64,000 nucleotides of DNA from an uncultured Planctomycetales bacterium (GCA_964450385.1 CAYVEC010000010.1:1722-65721); one strand, 5' to 3'; positions 53,443-63,657 are shown, counted from the first letter of the stretch. Notes: generated by a model not told the origin, from the sequence alone. Numbers and translations: made by a program.

Positions 53443-54690
53443 ATGGACCATTTAAGGACGACGGATCCAGAGATCTATGAGGCGATCCATAAGGAGTTGA
53501 TCCGTCAGCAGAATAATATCGAGCTGATCGCTTCGGAAAACATTGTCTCTGAGGCCGTCTTGGAGGCCCAGGGAAGCGTCATGACGAATAAATATGCCGA
53601 GGGGTATCCTCAGCGGCGGTGGTATGGCGGCTGCGGTTTTGTGGATGTCGCCGAGGACCTTGCGATCCAGCGGGCCAAGGAGCTTTTTGGCGCCGAGCAT
53701 GTTAATGTTCAGCCGCATTCAGGGTCGCAGGCCAATAATGCGGTTTATAACGTGGCGATCGCGCCTGGGGACACGATCCTCAGTCTGGATCTCGCCTGCG
53801 GAGGGCATCTAACGCATGGCCATAAAATGAATTTTTCCGGCCGGACGTATCGCGTGGTCCATTATGGCGTGGATGCGACGACCGAGACGTTTGATTATGA
53901 TCAGATTCGCGCCCTGGCCCGTGAGTATCGGCCTCGCCTGATCCTGGCCGGGGCCTCGGCGTATCCACGGACCATCGATTTTGCCGCCTTTCGTTCGATC
54001 TGTGACGAGGTCGGAGCGGTCCTGTTTGTGGACATGGCCCACATTGCCGGTCTCGTCGCCGCGGGTCTTCATCCGAATCCGGTGCCGTATGCCGAATTTG
54101 TGACTACGACGACACACAAGACGCTTCGCGGCCCGCGCGGGGGGATGATTTTGTGCCGGAAGGAATTTGCCAAGGCGATCGACGCCCATGTCTTTCCCGG
54201 GATCCAAGGGGGACCGCTCATGCATGTGATCGCAGCCAAGGCCGTCGCGTTGAAGGAGGCCCTTGGTCCGGAGTTCAAGACCTATCAGGGTCAGGTGGTG
54301 CGCAATGCCAAGGCCATTGCCGCAGCGCTGACAGACCAGGGATTCCGGATCGTTTCGGGAGGGACAGATAATCATTTGCTGATGGTCGACCTGCGTTCTA
54401 AAAAAATCACAGGAAAGGACGCATCGAGCGTCCTGGATGAGGTTCATATCACGGTGAACAAGAATCTGATCCCGTTCGATCCCGAGAGTCCGATGGTGAC
54501 GAGCGGGATCCGTATCGGGACTCCGGCGGTGACGACGCGCGGCATGAAAGAGGGCGAGATGACGAAGATCGCCGCGTGCATCTGTCAGGCGGTCGAACAC
54601 CGGGATGATAAGGCGGCTCTGGAGCGGATCAAGAAGGAGGTCCTAGCCCTCACGTCAGCGTTCCCGATCTATCGCGACCTTCGGATGTAA
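53443..54690 (+). CDS. glyA: serine hydroxymethyltransferase
   Basis: 415 aa. [12 protein letters not shown]-lysine region [14 protein letters not shown]. Confidence 0.95.
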   Translation: MDHLRTTDPEIYEAIHKELIRQQNNIELIASENIVSEAVLEAQGSVMTNKYAEGYPQRRWYGGCGFVDVAEDLAIQRAKELFGAEHVNVQPHSGSQANNAVYNVAIAPGDTILSLDLACGGHLTHGHKMNFSGRTYRVVHYGVDATTETFDYDQIRALAREYRPRLILAGASAYPRTIDFAAFRSICDEVGAVLFVDMAHIAGLVAAGLHPNPVPYAEFVTTTTHKTLRGPRGGMILCRKEFAKAIDAHVFPGIQGGPLMHVIAAKAVALKEALGPEFKTYQGQVVRNAKAIAAALTDQGFRIVSGGTDNHLLMVDLRSKKITGKDASSVLDEVHITVNKNLIPFDPESPMVTSGIRIGTPAVTTRGMKEGEMTKIAACICQAVEHRDDKAALERIKKEVLALTSAFPIYRDLRM

Positions 54691-54704
54691 CCAAAGGCGT
54701 CAGC

Positions 54705-55184
54705 ATGAAATGCCCGTTTTGCGATTATAAAGAGACCAAGGTGATCGATTCGCGGATCTGCGGCGAGGGCGGATCGATCCGACGCCGTCGAGAGTGTCTC
54801 AAGTGCGCGAAGCGGTTCACGACATACGAGTATGTGGAACAGGTCCCGCTCATGGTCGTCAAGAAAGACGGCCGGCGCCAGGCCTTTGACCGGACAAAGA
54901 TCATTACAGGGCTTGTGAAGGCCTGTGAGAAACGCCCGGTCTCGATTAGCAAGATCGAGGAGATCACGGTCGAGATCGAACGGATCATTCAAAAGCAGTT
55001 CGACCGTGAGGTCGATTCGAGCCTGATCGGTGAAGAGATCATGAAGAAGCTTGCCGGCCTTGATGAGGTCGCCTATGTCCGTTTTGCGAGCGTTTATCGC
55101 CAATTCCGAGATGTGAACCAGTTCATGAACGAGCTGCAGCACATCTTGGAAAAAGAAAAGACAAAAGACCAGAAGAGAAAATAA
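54705..55184 (+). CDS. nrdR: transcriptional repressor NrdR
   Basis: MKCPFCDYKETKVIDSRICGEGGSIRRRRECLKC zinc ribbon plus ATP-cone. Confidence 0.95.
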   Translation: MKCPFCDYKETKVIDSRICGEGGSIRRRRECLKCAKRFTTYEYVEQVPLMVVKKDGRRQAFDRTKIITGLVKACEKRPVSISKIEEITVEIERIIQKQFDREVDSSLIGEEIMKKLAGLDEVAYVRFASVYRQFRDVNQFMNELQHILEKEKTKDQKRK

Positions 55185-55185
55185 G

Positions 55186-55593
55186 ATGATCAGGGTCGAG
55201 CTCAACCGTATCGTCATTGACGAAAAGCGTCAGGATCAATTTATCGTTCTCAAGGAGATCGATGGAGAACGGCGGTTCCCGATCATGATCGGCCTGCTCG
55301 AGGCCTCGAGCATCCGGATGCGCGTATCGGATATCCAGCTGCCGCGGCCGCTCACGCATGACCTTCTGTTATCAACGATTGAAGGGCTGGGCGCCCGATT
55401 GGAATATGTCCTCATCGATGATCTGGTCGACGGGACGTTTTACGCGAAACTCATCATCAAAAACAGCGGCGGACAGGAACAGCGCATTGACGCGCGCCCC
55501 TCTGACGGGATCGCCCTGGCTGTGCGCGCCGGCTCACCGATCTATGTTGCGGAACACGTGTTCCAGCTTGCCGCTATCTCAGGCGCAGAATAA
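55186..55593 (+). CDS. bifunctional nuclease family protein (BFN/DUF151)
   Basis: 135 aa. FPIMIGLLEASSI ... RPLTHDLL ... DARPSDGIALAVR pattern. Confidence 0.7.
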   Translation: MIRVELNRIVIDEKRQDQFIVLKEIDGERRFPIMIGLLEASSIRMRVSDIQLPRPLTHDLLLSTIEGLGARLEYVLIDDLVDGTFYAKLIIKNSGGQEQRIDARPSDGIALAVRAGSPIYVAEHVFQLAAISGAE

Positions 55594-55596
55594 TCC

Positions 55597-57075
55597 ATGG
55601 GAAGGGTCATCGACCATACAGCGTATCTTATGACGATTCGACGGCTTGCGGATCGCCGGGGGGTCTCTGTCTATTTGGTCGGGGGGTTTCTCCGCGACGC
55701 GGTTCTGGGCCGGGCGTCGATGGATATGGATTTTGCCGTGGAACGCCGGGCGGTCGCGTTCGCCCGATCGTTCGCGCGGTCGATCCGCGGGGCCTTTGTC
55801 CTGTTGGATGAGGAACGCGGATGCGCCCGTGTTGTCAAGAAACACGAGGGCCGTATCGCGACGTTTGACTTTGCAGATTTTCGGGCGGCCTCTTTTCGTG
55901 AGGACCTCCGTCATCGTGATTTTACGATCAATACCCTTGCCGTTTGTGTGAATGACCTGACAGCGCCGGAGTCGTTCTTGGATCGGCGCATGGATGGTCG
56001 GGTAGCGCGGGCGGATCTTGAAAACCGCACGATCCGGATGGTGACGGCGTTGGTGTTTCAGGAGGATCCCTTGCGGCTTCTGCGCGCCTTCAGCCTTCGC
56101 GCGCAGCTCGGATTCCGGATCGAGGCAAAAACCCGGCGGCAGATCCGGGCGGATCGGGGTCTCCTGAGACAGGTCTCGCCGGAGCGGGTCCGGGAGGAAT
56201 TCTTTAAGGTCTTGTCGGCCCCGCGTGCGGGCGAGATATTGAAGGCGATGCACAGCCTCGGGCTTCTTGAACAGGTCCTGGTCCAGACCCGGATCATGTT
56301 CGGGGTTCACCAGGGGGGGTATCATCATCTTGATGTCTGGAGGCACTCTCTTGAGAGCGTTGTGACGTGTGATCGGCTGATTCGGGAGGCGGTGAGGGAT
56401 CCTGACATGGCCGCGTATTTGAACGAGCCGGTCGCGGGCGACCGCCGACGGGCCGCGATTCTGCGGCTCGCGTGCCTGCTCCACGATATCGGTAAACCTG
56501 ATACCCGGCGGCGTGAGGGCGAACGGATGTCGTTTCATGGCCACGAGCACGTCGGGGCCAAGATCACGGGATATATTGCGCGGGACCTGCGGCTCTCTCT
56601 GCGGGAGCGCCGGATGCTGGCCGATATGGTTCGAGGGCATCTGAGACCAGGCTATTTATCAAATTTTAAACGGCCGAGCGAACGGGCCTTCTTTCGATAC
56701 TTTAGGGACACTGGCGCAGAGGCGGTGAGCATCGCCCTGCTCGCGCTAGCGGATCAGCGGGCGACCCGCGGACCCATGACAACGGCTGAGGACCAGCGCC
56801 ACCACGAGGCGATCTGCCGTGAGCTGATCGAACGGTATTTTTCCGCTCAGCGGCAGCCGGTGATTCGTCCGCTTATCAATGGACACGATCTGATAACGGC
56901 GTTAAAATTAAAACCGTCGCCGCTTTTTAAAGAGATCCTTTCCGCGGTTGAGGAGGCGCAGGCCCTGGGCCGTGTTCGCGACCGGGAAGGGGCGCTCTGC
57001 CTGGCCAGAGACATCGCCGTGGACCGGAGCTCAGCGACGAACAAAGGACGGGCGGATGCGCGTACAAAACGTTGA
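55597..57075 (+). CDS. cca: CCA tRNA nucleotidyltransferase / poly(A) polymerase family with HD domain
   Basis: YLVGGFLRDAVLGR...DMDFAV polymerase-beta head. C-terminal HD (LLHDIGKP). Confidence 0.85.
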   Translation: MGRVIDHTAYLMTIRRLADRRGVSVYLVGGFLRDAVLGRASMDMDFAVERRAVAFARSFARSIRGAFVLLDEERGCARVVKKHEGRIATFDFADFRAASFREDLRHRDFTINTLAVCVNDLTAPESFLDRRMDGRVARADLENRTIRMVTALVFQEDPLRLLRAFSLRAQLGFRIEAKTRRQIRADRGLLRQVSPERVREEFFKVLSAPRAGEILKAMHSLGLLEQVLVQTRIMFGVHQGGYHHLDVWRHSLESVVTCDRLIREAVRDPDMAAYLNEPVAGDRRRAAILRLACLLHDIGKPDTRRREGERMSFHGHEHVGAKITGYIARDLRLSLRERRMLADMVRGHLRPGYLSNFKRPSERAFFRYFRDTGAEAVSIALLALADQRATRGPMTTAEDQRHHEAICRELIERYFSAQRQPVIRPLINGHDLITALKLKPSPLFKEILSAVEEAQALGRVRDREGALCLARDIAVDRSSATNKGRADARTKR

Positions 57076-57910
57076 TGTTGAGATTATTAAGGGCAACGGT
57101 GAAGGGCTTCGCGTCGATGCCGTGGCCTCAGAGTCGATCGAGAATTTTCCGATCGATCATGGGTATCGCGTCACGGTTCAGCCCGGAGAAAATCATCAGT
57201 ATACTATTATTGCCGAGCTCTCCTTTGCCCATGCGATCGATGATGTCGAGCGGGTCCGTGAGGGATATCGGGCCGTCCTTGAGAAGGCCGCAGAACTGAA
57301 TGTCCAGGCCCTGCTGCTCATTCCGTTCGGTTATGAGAAGGGGGTCATCACACCGGTGGCCTCGGCAAAGGTGCTTGCCCAGGAGCTATTGAAGTTCGTT
57401 CGTTTCGCGCGGCACGCGTTTCGCGTCATCTATATCTGCGTCACGGACATCGATCACTTTGAGACCTTTCAGCAGCATGTGATCGGCTACCTTGTGCACG
57501 TCCAGGATACCCTGGGGATGGGGCCGTACGTGACGGTTGATGCGATCGTCGAAATGCCGAAAGGCCTTGTGATCATTGAACGGACCAATCCTCCGTTCGG
57601 ATGGGCTCTGCCCGGGGGTTTCGTTGATTGTGGAGAAAGCCTTGAGTACGCGGTCGCGCGAGAAGTGAAGGAAGAGACGGGACTGGATTTTGTTGATTTT
57701 TATCAAATGCACACCTTTTCCGGGCCGCAGCGTGACCCTCGTTTCCATACGGTCTCAACGGTCTTTATCGGCAAAGGGGAGGGCGTTCCGAAGGCGGCTG
57801 ACGACGCGCGGGCCCTTCAGGTCGTTGAGTATGATGAGCTGTTAAAACGCGATTATGCCTTTGACCACAAAGAGATCATTATGAAGTATTTAACCCAGCG
57901 TTCGTTATGA
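57056..57910 (+). CDS. Nudix hydrolase with ~165-aa N-terminal domain of unknown function
   Basis: Nudix box GWALPGGFVDCGESLEYAVAREVKEETGL. ATG at 57056 (the track ORF starts at 56948). 20-nt overlap with the cca 3' end. Confidence 0.7.
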   Translation: MRVQNVDVEIIKGNGEGLRVDAVASESIENFPIDHGYRVTVQPGENHQYTIIAELSFAHAIDDVERVREGYRAVLEKAAELNVQALLLIPFGYEKGVITPVASAKVLAQELLKFVRFARHAFRVIYICVTDIDHFETFQQHVIGYLVHVQDTLGMGPYVTVDAIVEMPKGLVIIERTNPPFGWALPGGFVDCGESLEYAVAREVKEETGLDFVDFYQMHTFSGPQRDPRFHTVSTVFIGKGEGVPKAADDARALQVVEYDELLKRDYAFDHKEIIMKYLTQRSL

Positions 57911-57911
57911 G

Positions 57912-58130
57912 ATGAGGTGCCCGATGGAATGTATGAAGGAAAAGAATATCGATCAATGCAACTGCTCGTACGGCGGATGCCCGCGCCACGGGATTTGCTG
58001 CGAGTGCCTGCGGTATCATCGGGCGAAAGGGGCGCTGCCGGCCTGTTATTTTCCCGACGACATTGAGCGCGGATATGACCGGTCGATCGCGAATTTTGTC
58101 CGGGTCTGGCAGGAGCGGAAGCATCTTTAA
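57912..58130 (+). CDS. small Cys-rich protein (9 Cys/72 aa), possible metal-binding
   Basis: MRCPMECMKEKNIDQCNCSYGGCPRHGICCECLRYH... Confidence 0.4.
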   Translation: MRCPMECMKEKNIDQCNCSYGGCPRHGICCECLRYHRAKGALPACYFPDDIERGYDRSIANFVRVWQERKHL

Positions 58131-58152
58131 TAAGGGTGACAAGGAGGGGATC

Positions 58153-58728
58153 ATGAGGATGAGGATCAGATATGGGATGGCGGCGGTAGGGATTATGTGC
58201 CTGACTGCGGTCGCGTCGGCGGAGCCGAATGCTTTGTATGAAGAGCAGCTTTCGAAATATTCCCGGTTCCATGATGAATATCTTGTCGAGCGCCAGCAGG
58301 AACTCGAGCGCCGGCAGGTCGAGAATCAGCGCCTGCGCACCCGGTACGAAGAGCTTGAGAATGAATACGCGGCCCTTCAGGCAGATGCCGGGGCCAAGGA
58401 GGCGAGCATTCAACAGCTTAAAAAACTGAACACTGACCTGCAGCAGGCTTATAAAGAGACGATGGATCAGTGTGCGAGGCTGGAAGCGGATCTGGCCCGC
58501 CAGGAGGAAGAGAATGCCCAGCTGAAACAACGCCTTTTCGAGGGGCACGCGACATTCCGTCAGAAGATGCTGGATTTTTTTCAGCAGGAGGACGAGGTGC
58601 TTCGCGAGCGGATCGTTGAGGATTCGTCTCGTCGGGAAGCGGTTAAGGTTATTATCAATGAGATCGAAGAGGAGTTGAGGTCCCTTGAGGGGGCTGAGGA
58701 GGACACGGACGGCGCGGGGGATCTTTAA
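58153..58728 (+). CDS. secreted coiled-coil protein
   Basis: Signal peptide MRMRIRYGMAAVGIMCLTAVASA after RBS AAGGAGGGGA, then an E/Q/R-rich coiled coil. The track ORF starts at 58063. Confidence 0.55.
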   Translation: MRMRIRYGMAAVGIMCLTAVASAEPNALYEEQLSKYSRFHDEYLVERQQELERRQVENQRLRTRYEELENEYAALQADAGAKEASIQQLKKLNTDLQQAYKETMDQCARLEADLARQEEENAQLKQRLFEGHATFRQKMLDFFQQEDEVLRERIVEDSSRREAVKVIINEIEEELRSLEGAEEDTDGAGDL

Positions 58729-58838
58729 GCGGAAGAAGTTGTGGTGTTGTGATGAGCGCCCTGCCTGACGGCAGGGCGTTTTGTTATTTTTGAACGGGTC
58801 TTTTTGTGGTACGATAGTCCCGCCGAGGGAGGGGGCAA

Positions 58839-59342
58839 ATGACTATCGTTTTGATCGGAATGGCGGGGGTCGGAAAAACGACTGTTGGGCGCGCGTTGGC
58901 ACAGCGCCTCGGCTGCCCTTTTGTGGATACAGATGATCTCATCCGCGGGGAGACTGGCCAGGCCCTCATTGAGATCATTCAGGCGCGCGGTGAGAAGGCA
59001 TTTCTTGATCTTGAGGCCGGAGTGATCTCGCGGATCGACATGAGCCGCTCTGTTATCGTGGCGACGGGCGGGAGCGCTGTTTATTCTGCGACAGCGATGG
59101 CGTATCTGAAGCGCTATGGGACGATTGTCGAGCTTCGCGCCGCGGCGAGTGACATTAGGACATGGATCACCGACATCTCCCATCGGGGGATCATCGGGCT
59201 TGCGGGGAAGACATTGGAAGAGCTCTATGAGGAACGCACAGTTTTATATGCCCGTTATGCGGACCACGTGATCGAGATCCGTCCCGGGATGGGCCTCGAG
59301 GAGGTGGTTTTGATGGTCATGAAGAAGGTGGGCACGGCATGA
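58839..59342 (+). CDS. aroK: shikimate kinase
   Basis: 167 aa. Walker A GMAGVGKTTVGR, DTDDLI. Confidence 0.9.
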   Translation: MTIVLIGMAGVGKTTVGRALAQRLGCPFVDTDDLIRGETGQALIEIIQARGEKAFLDLEAGVISRIDMSRSVIVATGGSAVYSATAMAYLKRYGTIVELRAAASDIRTWITDISHRGIIGLAGKTLEELYEERTVLYARYADHVIEIRPGMGLEEVVLMVMKKVGTA

Positions 59343-60247
59343 GGCAGGCGATCTTAAAAAATTGCATGATTGCTGTTATCCTTCTGTTTGTTATAGGTCA
59401 GGCCTCGGCACATCAAGTTGTGCTGAAGAACGGGGATGCCCTCACGGGAGTTATTGTTTCAGATACCCCGACGTCGATCGTCCTAGAGCATGATGTCTTA
59501 GGTACTGTGACGATTAACCGGGCGTTTGTTGAGAGCTCTGCGTATCATGGAGTCGATTCGCGGGAGGAGGGAGCGTCCGTTGTGCCGCCGCCTCTGTGGG
59601 CGAGGAGCCTTTCGCTGGGCTATGGGCACACCGGAGGGAACACGGTCAAGAGCCGGGGGATGGCGGGCCTGGCGGGATCGCGGGTCACGGATCGTGATGA
59701 GTGGAACCTAAAGGGGTCGATCCATTATGCCTCTTCAGATCAGAAGATGGATTCTCAGAAAAGTTATGGGATGGCCCGGCACGCCTTTTCTTTTGATGAA
59801 CATAAACGATGGTATAATTTTTATAAATCAGAAGCAGATCATGACCGGTTTGGGAATATTGATTATCGGCTTGTGCCTGCGGCCGGGCTCGGGTATTGGG
59901 CCGTGAATCGCGAGACGCATCGATTTAATCTGGAGTGCGCTCTTGGGTATGAGTATACGCGCTATCGTGAGGCGCAGGACAGCTCGCGTTATACCGTCGT
60001 GACGCCCCGTCTCGTTTGGCAGAAACAGATCATGGCCCCGTTCCGTGTCGAGGAGGACCTGACGGTCTATCTGGTGACGGATGATGTGGAACAATACCGC
60101 GCCCGGTCTGAGGCTGCGTTGATCCACCAGGTGAATCAGCAGATATCGTGGCGGTTGAGTCTTGTGAATGAATATAATGCCGCGGTCTCTGCCGAGGCGA
60201 AGAAACACGACTATCGGCTGCTGTATTCTTTGGATTATCAATTCTAA
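59339..60247 (+). CDS. DUF481-family outer-membrane beta-barrel protein
   Basis: Signal peptide, LKNGDALTGVI motif, alternating beta-strand pattern, C-terminal ...YSLDYQF. Confidence 0.6.
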   Translation: MRQAILKNCMIAVILLFVIGQASAHQVVLKNGDALTGVIVSDTPTSIVLEHDVLGTVTINRAFVESSAYHGVDSREEGASVVPPPLWARSLSLGYGHTGGNTVKSRGMAGLAGSRVTDRDEWNLKGSIHYASSDQKMDSQKSYGMARHAFSFDEHKRWYNFYKSEADHDRFGNIDYRLVPAAGLGYWAVNRETHRFNLECALGYEYTRYREAQDSSRYTVVTPRLVWQKQIMAPFRVEEDLTVYLVTDDVEQYRARSEAALIHQVNQQISWRLSLVNEYNAAVSAEAKKHDYRLLYSLDYQF

Positions 60248-60386
60248 AAAAGGGTAGGGCATTCGGTGTCGGGTTCAGATGAGGCGCTCTCACGGAATTT
60301 GATAGGGCATGCGCAAGGCGAGTGGCGTATGCGTGTCGCCGGGTACGCAATATCGCGGTGACGGCGGAAGAAGGGACGGGAACGAC

Positions 60387-61328
60387 GTGGACGATCAATC
60401 ACGGGTGGTCTTTTTAGGCGGGCCGACAGGCGTGGGTAAGACGGCGGTCGGCGTGGCGCTCGCGCGGCGGTTGAATGGCGAGATCGTTTCGTGTGATGCG
60501 ATGCAGGTGTATCGCGGGATCGATATCGCGACAAATAAACCGAGCCCTGAGGAGAGGGCCGTCGCGCACCATGTGATTGACTGTATTGATCCGAATGAAT
60601 CGTTTGATGTTGTTCGTTATCGGGACCTGGCCCTCGCGGCGACCAGCGACATCCTTTCCCGCGGGAAGGTGCCGCTTGTTGTGGGGGGGACGGGGTTATA
60701 CATGAGGGTGCTGCTTGACGGGATCTTCGATCAGGGGCGTGTTCCCGTAGAGGTCCGGCGGGCATTGGAAGAGAAGGGCGCTGCTGACGGCGGCGATGCC
60801 CTGTATCGGGAGCTCGTCGCGGCAGATCCGGTCGCGGCCACGGCCATTCATCCGCATAATGTCAAACGGGTCATCCGGGCCCTTGAGGTCTTTTATGCCA
60901 GGCGGCGGCCGATATCGGAACTTTGGCAGGAGAGAAGCGGGCTTTGGGGACGGCATAAGATTTTCATGTTTGCTCTTACGATGCCGAGGTCAGAGCTTTA
61001 CAATAAGATCAACGAACGGGTCGAGGTCATGGTCCGCCAGGGGCTCGTTGATGAGATCCGGCGGCTGGATGGTTGTTCCCTCAGCCCTACGGCCCAGGCG
61101 ATTATCGGTGTCAAGGAGATCCGCCGGTTCCTGCGGGGTGAGTCGACCCTGGAGGCGGCGGCCGAGGAGATGAAGCGGAATACCCGTCATCTCGCGAAGC
61201 GGCAGTGGACGTGGTTTCGCGCGGAGAAACGGATTGAGTGGATCGAGCGGGGGGGCGCGGACGCGAGCGATCTCGCCGCGTCGAGGATCGCTGAACGGAT
61301 CGAGCGGGGCTCGGAAAGGGGCGCATGA
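60387..61328 (+). CDS. miaA: tRNA dimethylallyltransferase
   Basis: P-loop GPTGVGKT, DAMQVYRGIDIATNKP. In-frame GTG at 60387 (the track ORF starts at 60309). Confidence 0.9.
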   Translation: MDDQSRVVFLGGPTGVGKTAVGVALARRLNGEIVSCDAMQVYRGIDIATNKPSPEERAVAHHVIDCIDPNESFDVVRYRDLALAATSDILSRGKVPLVVGGTGLYMRVLLDGIFDQGRVPVEVRRALEEKGAADGGDALYRELVAADPVAATAIHPHNVKRVIRALEVFYARRRPISELWQERSGLWGRHKIFMFALTMPRSELYNKINERVEVMVRQGLVDEIRRLDGCSLSPTAQAIIGVKEIRRFLRGESTLEAAAEEMKRNTRHLAKRQWTWFRAEKRIEWIERGGADASDLAASRIAERIERGSERGA

Positions 61329-62599
61329 TTATTCAGGGGACGGCCGAACGGGTGATGATCGTTGTGGTGGACACAAAGGGGGCCCATGCCTGGCAGCCGG
61401 ATGAGGTCGCCCAGGAAATGCGAGAGCTCGTGCGGACCTGCGGGGCCGAGACGGTCGAGTCGATGCTCTGCCTTGTCGAGAAATTCTCTCCGTCGCATCT
61501 CATTGGAGAGGGGAAGGTCAACGAGCTGTATGTCCGGTGTATGGCCGGGGATATTGACACGGTGATCTTTAGTCAGGATTTGAAAGGTGTTCAACAGCGG
61601 AATCTAGAGGATGCCCTGAAGGTCAAGGTCATCGACCGGACCCAGCTGATTCTCCATATTTTTGCCCGGCACGCGTCGAGTCTTGAGGGGAAGATGCAGG
61701 TCGAGCTCGCCCAGCTTGAATACACGCTGCCCCGGCTCGCCGGACACGGCCGCGAGATGTCACGGCTCGGCGGCGGGATCGGGACGCTCGGTCCCGGGGA
61801 AACGAAACTCGAGACCGATCGGCGCCGGATCGCCCTGCGGATCGTCCAGCTCAAGAAGCGCCTCAAGGAGGCCGAGGCGAGCCGCGCCCTTAAACGGAAA
61901 AAAAGACACGATCAGGGGATGCCGCTCGTGGCCCTCGTCGGGTATACCAACGCCGGAAAATCCACCCTCCTGAACGCCCTGACGCACGCGGGTCAGGTCA
62001 CGCGCGACGGGTTGTTTACGACCCTTGATTCTCTCGCGCGTCAATACACCCTGCCGAACCGTCAGGCCGTGATCCTTTCGGACACCGTCGGTTTTATTCA
62101 CAAATTACCGCATCATCTTATTGAGGCGTTTAAGGCGACCCTCGAGGAAGTGGCTGAGGCTGATCTCCTGCTTCATGTCTTGGATGTGAGCAATGTGAAT
62201 TTTAGGAATCTGCATGAGGCTGTTCTCGAGGTCCTATCAGACCTGGGTGTTGCAGAGAAGCCGCGGATCACGGTGCTTAATAAGATCGATTGCATCGAGG
62301 ATCGGGGCTGGTTCAAGGCGGTCTATGAGAAGATCGACAATCCGGTCTCGGTATCCGCGAGGACTGGCGAAAATCTTGATGTCGTGGCGCATAAGATCGC
62401 CGAGGATCTCTCGAGCGTCATCGTTGAGGTCGATCTGTATCTTCCGATCACCCGGATGGACCTTATTCACCTGGCCCATCGTCAGGGTCAGGTCCTTTCG
62501 GTCAAATATTACAACGACACGATCAATCTTCGCGCCACTCTGCCCAAACGCGTTGTCGGTGTTTTTGAAAAGGCGCGATGTGCGCCCCCTCAGGAGTGA
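61325..62599 (+). CDS. hflX: GTPase HflX
   Basis: N-terminal HflX domain. G1 GYTNAGKST, G3 DTVGF, G4 NKID. ATGA overlap with miaA. Confidence 0.9.
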   Translation: MIIQGTAERVMIVVVDTKGAHAWQPDEVAQEMRELVRTCGAETVESMLCLVEKFSPSHLIGEGKVNELYVRCMAGDIDTVIFSQDLKGVQQRNLEDALKVKVIDRTQLILHIFARHASSLEGKMQVELAQLEYTLPRLAGHGREMSRLGGGIGTLGPGETKLETDRRRIALRIVQLKKRLKEAEASRALKRKKRHDQGMPLVALVGYTNAGKSTLLNALTHAGQVTRDGLFTTLDSLARQYTLPNRQAVILSDTVGFIHKLPHHLIEAFKATLEEVAEADLLLHVLDVSNVNFRNLHEAVLEVLSDLGVAEKPRITVLNKIDCIEDRGWFKAVYEKIDNPVSVSARTGENLDVVAHKIAEDLSSVIVEVDLYLPITRMDLIHLAHRQGQVLSVKYYNDTINLRATLPKRVVGVFEKARCAPPQE

Positions 62600-63544
62600 T
62601 CAGGCTGAGTCTTCTCGCCGGCTCAGGAGATATTTCTTGACCAGTCGGTTTCGTTCGCGTCGTCGGGTCGTCCATTCCCAACATTGGTCGTCATTCCATA
62701 CGAGATCTCGGACAGGGTCATAGCCCGGCAGGAAGTGCGCGTATCGATTCGTGTAATTCCGCCGGAGGGGAGCGCCATGCCAGAGATGGAAGACTGTCCC
62801 ATGGATATAACTTAAGCGCGCTGTCATCATCCGGCGCGTTTCTTGCCGCCAGGTTTCGGCATGGTGGGTCATGGCTGGACTGAGGTGCTTATAAAAAATA
62901 TAGGGAAGGTCAGGGATCTGTCGTCGGGTGAAGGCACAGGCCATGATGGAGTCGGCGCCGCCGAGCACGGCGCGGTCGTAGAAGCGGATGCGTTCAATAA
63001 ATCGGCGCTGGGCGGCCCACGCGCATCCATGGTATCCGACTATATCTGTTTTATGGCTGGATTCGTAAAAGGCGAATGAATGGTATAGGCGCTGCTGGCT
63101 TGGGGTGCCTGACTGAAAGATTGTGTTGGGACCGAGGAGGATGGCCTGCTCGTAAAGCTGAATGACCGCGTGGCCCGTGAGTTTGTCTTGCGCGTGTTCG
63201 ATCCATCGTTCATTGTCAAAGATAATATCCGAGTCAAGCCAGGCCACATTCGTGCATCGGACCGGGAGATATTCCAGGGCGATGTTGAGGAGGCGTTCTT
63301 TTTGCCACATGAGCGATCGGCTTCGGCGTTGGATGAGGATGTCGGAGTCAGACGGGCTTAATTGAAACGGGTCATCGCCGAAGGCCAGTTCGACAGTTAG
63401 CAGGGGCAGGCCCTGGCGCTGGCTCGCGAGCCGGAAGAGTTGGTAGTTTTGAAGTCGGCTTTCGTAATGACAGGGGTTAAAAAAGGCGGTGATGCCCCAA
63501 AAGGGTGAATCGGTGATCGATGATGTTCGCGACGGTATCATCAT
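62600..63544 (-). CDS. putative GT-A-fold glycosyltransferase (DXD motif; OCH1/Caps_synth-like)
   Basis: 314 aa. VAWLDSDIIF resembles the GG(I/V)YxDxD sugar-nucleotide-binding motif. No TM helices. Confidence 0.4.
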   Translation of the reverse strand: MMIPSRTSSITDSPFWGITAFFNPCHYESRLQNYQLFRLASQRQGLPLLTVELAFGDDPFQLSPSDSDILIQRRSRSLMWQKERLLNIALEYLPVRCTNVAWLDSDIIFDNERWIEHAQDKLTGHAVIQLYEQAILLGPNTIFQSGTPSQQRLYHSFAFYESSHKTDIVGYHGCAWAAQRRFIERIRFYDRAVLGGADSIMACAFTRRQIPDLPYIFYKHLSPAMTHHAETWRQETRRMMTARLSYIHGTVFHLWHGAPLRRNYTNRYAHFLPGYDPVRDLVWNDDQCWEWTTRRRERNRLVKKYLLSRREDSA

Positions 63545-63657
63545 GGGAAAAGAATTTGCCCCATAGGGTTTTATGATGCGTGATGGCTATATCATATGAT
63601 GAGATCGGTTTTTTTTCTAGTTTTTTGTAATGATTTTTGGTTTGACCCGTCTAATGG

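Noticed and set aside
53809-56640. Long antisense ORFs within glyA (53809..54600) and cca (55579..56640)
   Set aside because: Antisense to strongly conserved genes in a high-GC genome. No independent evidence.
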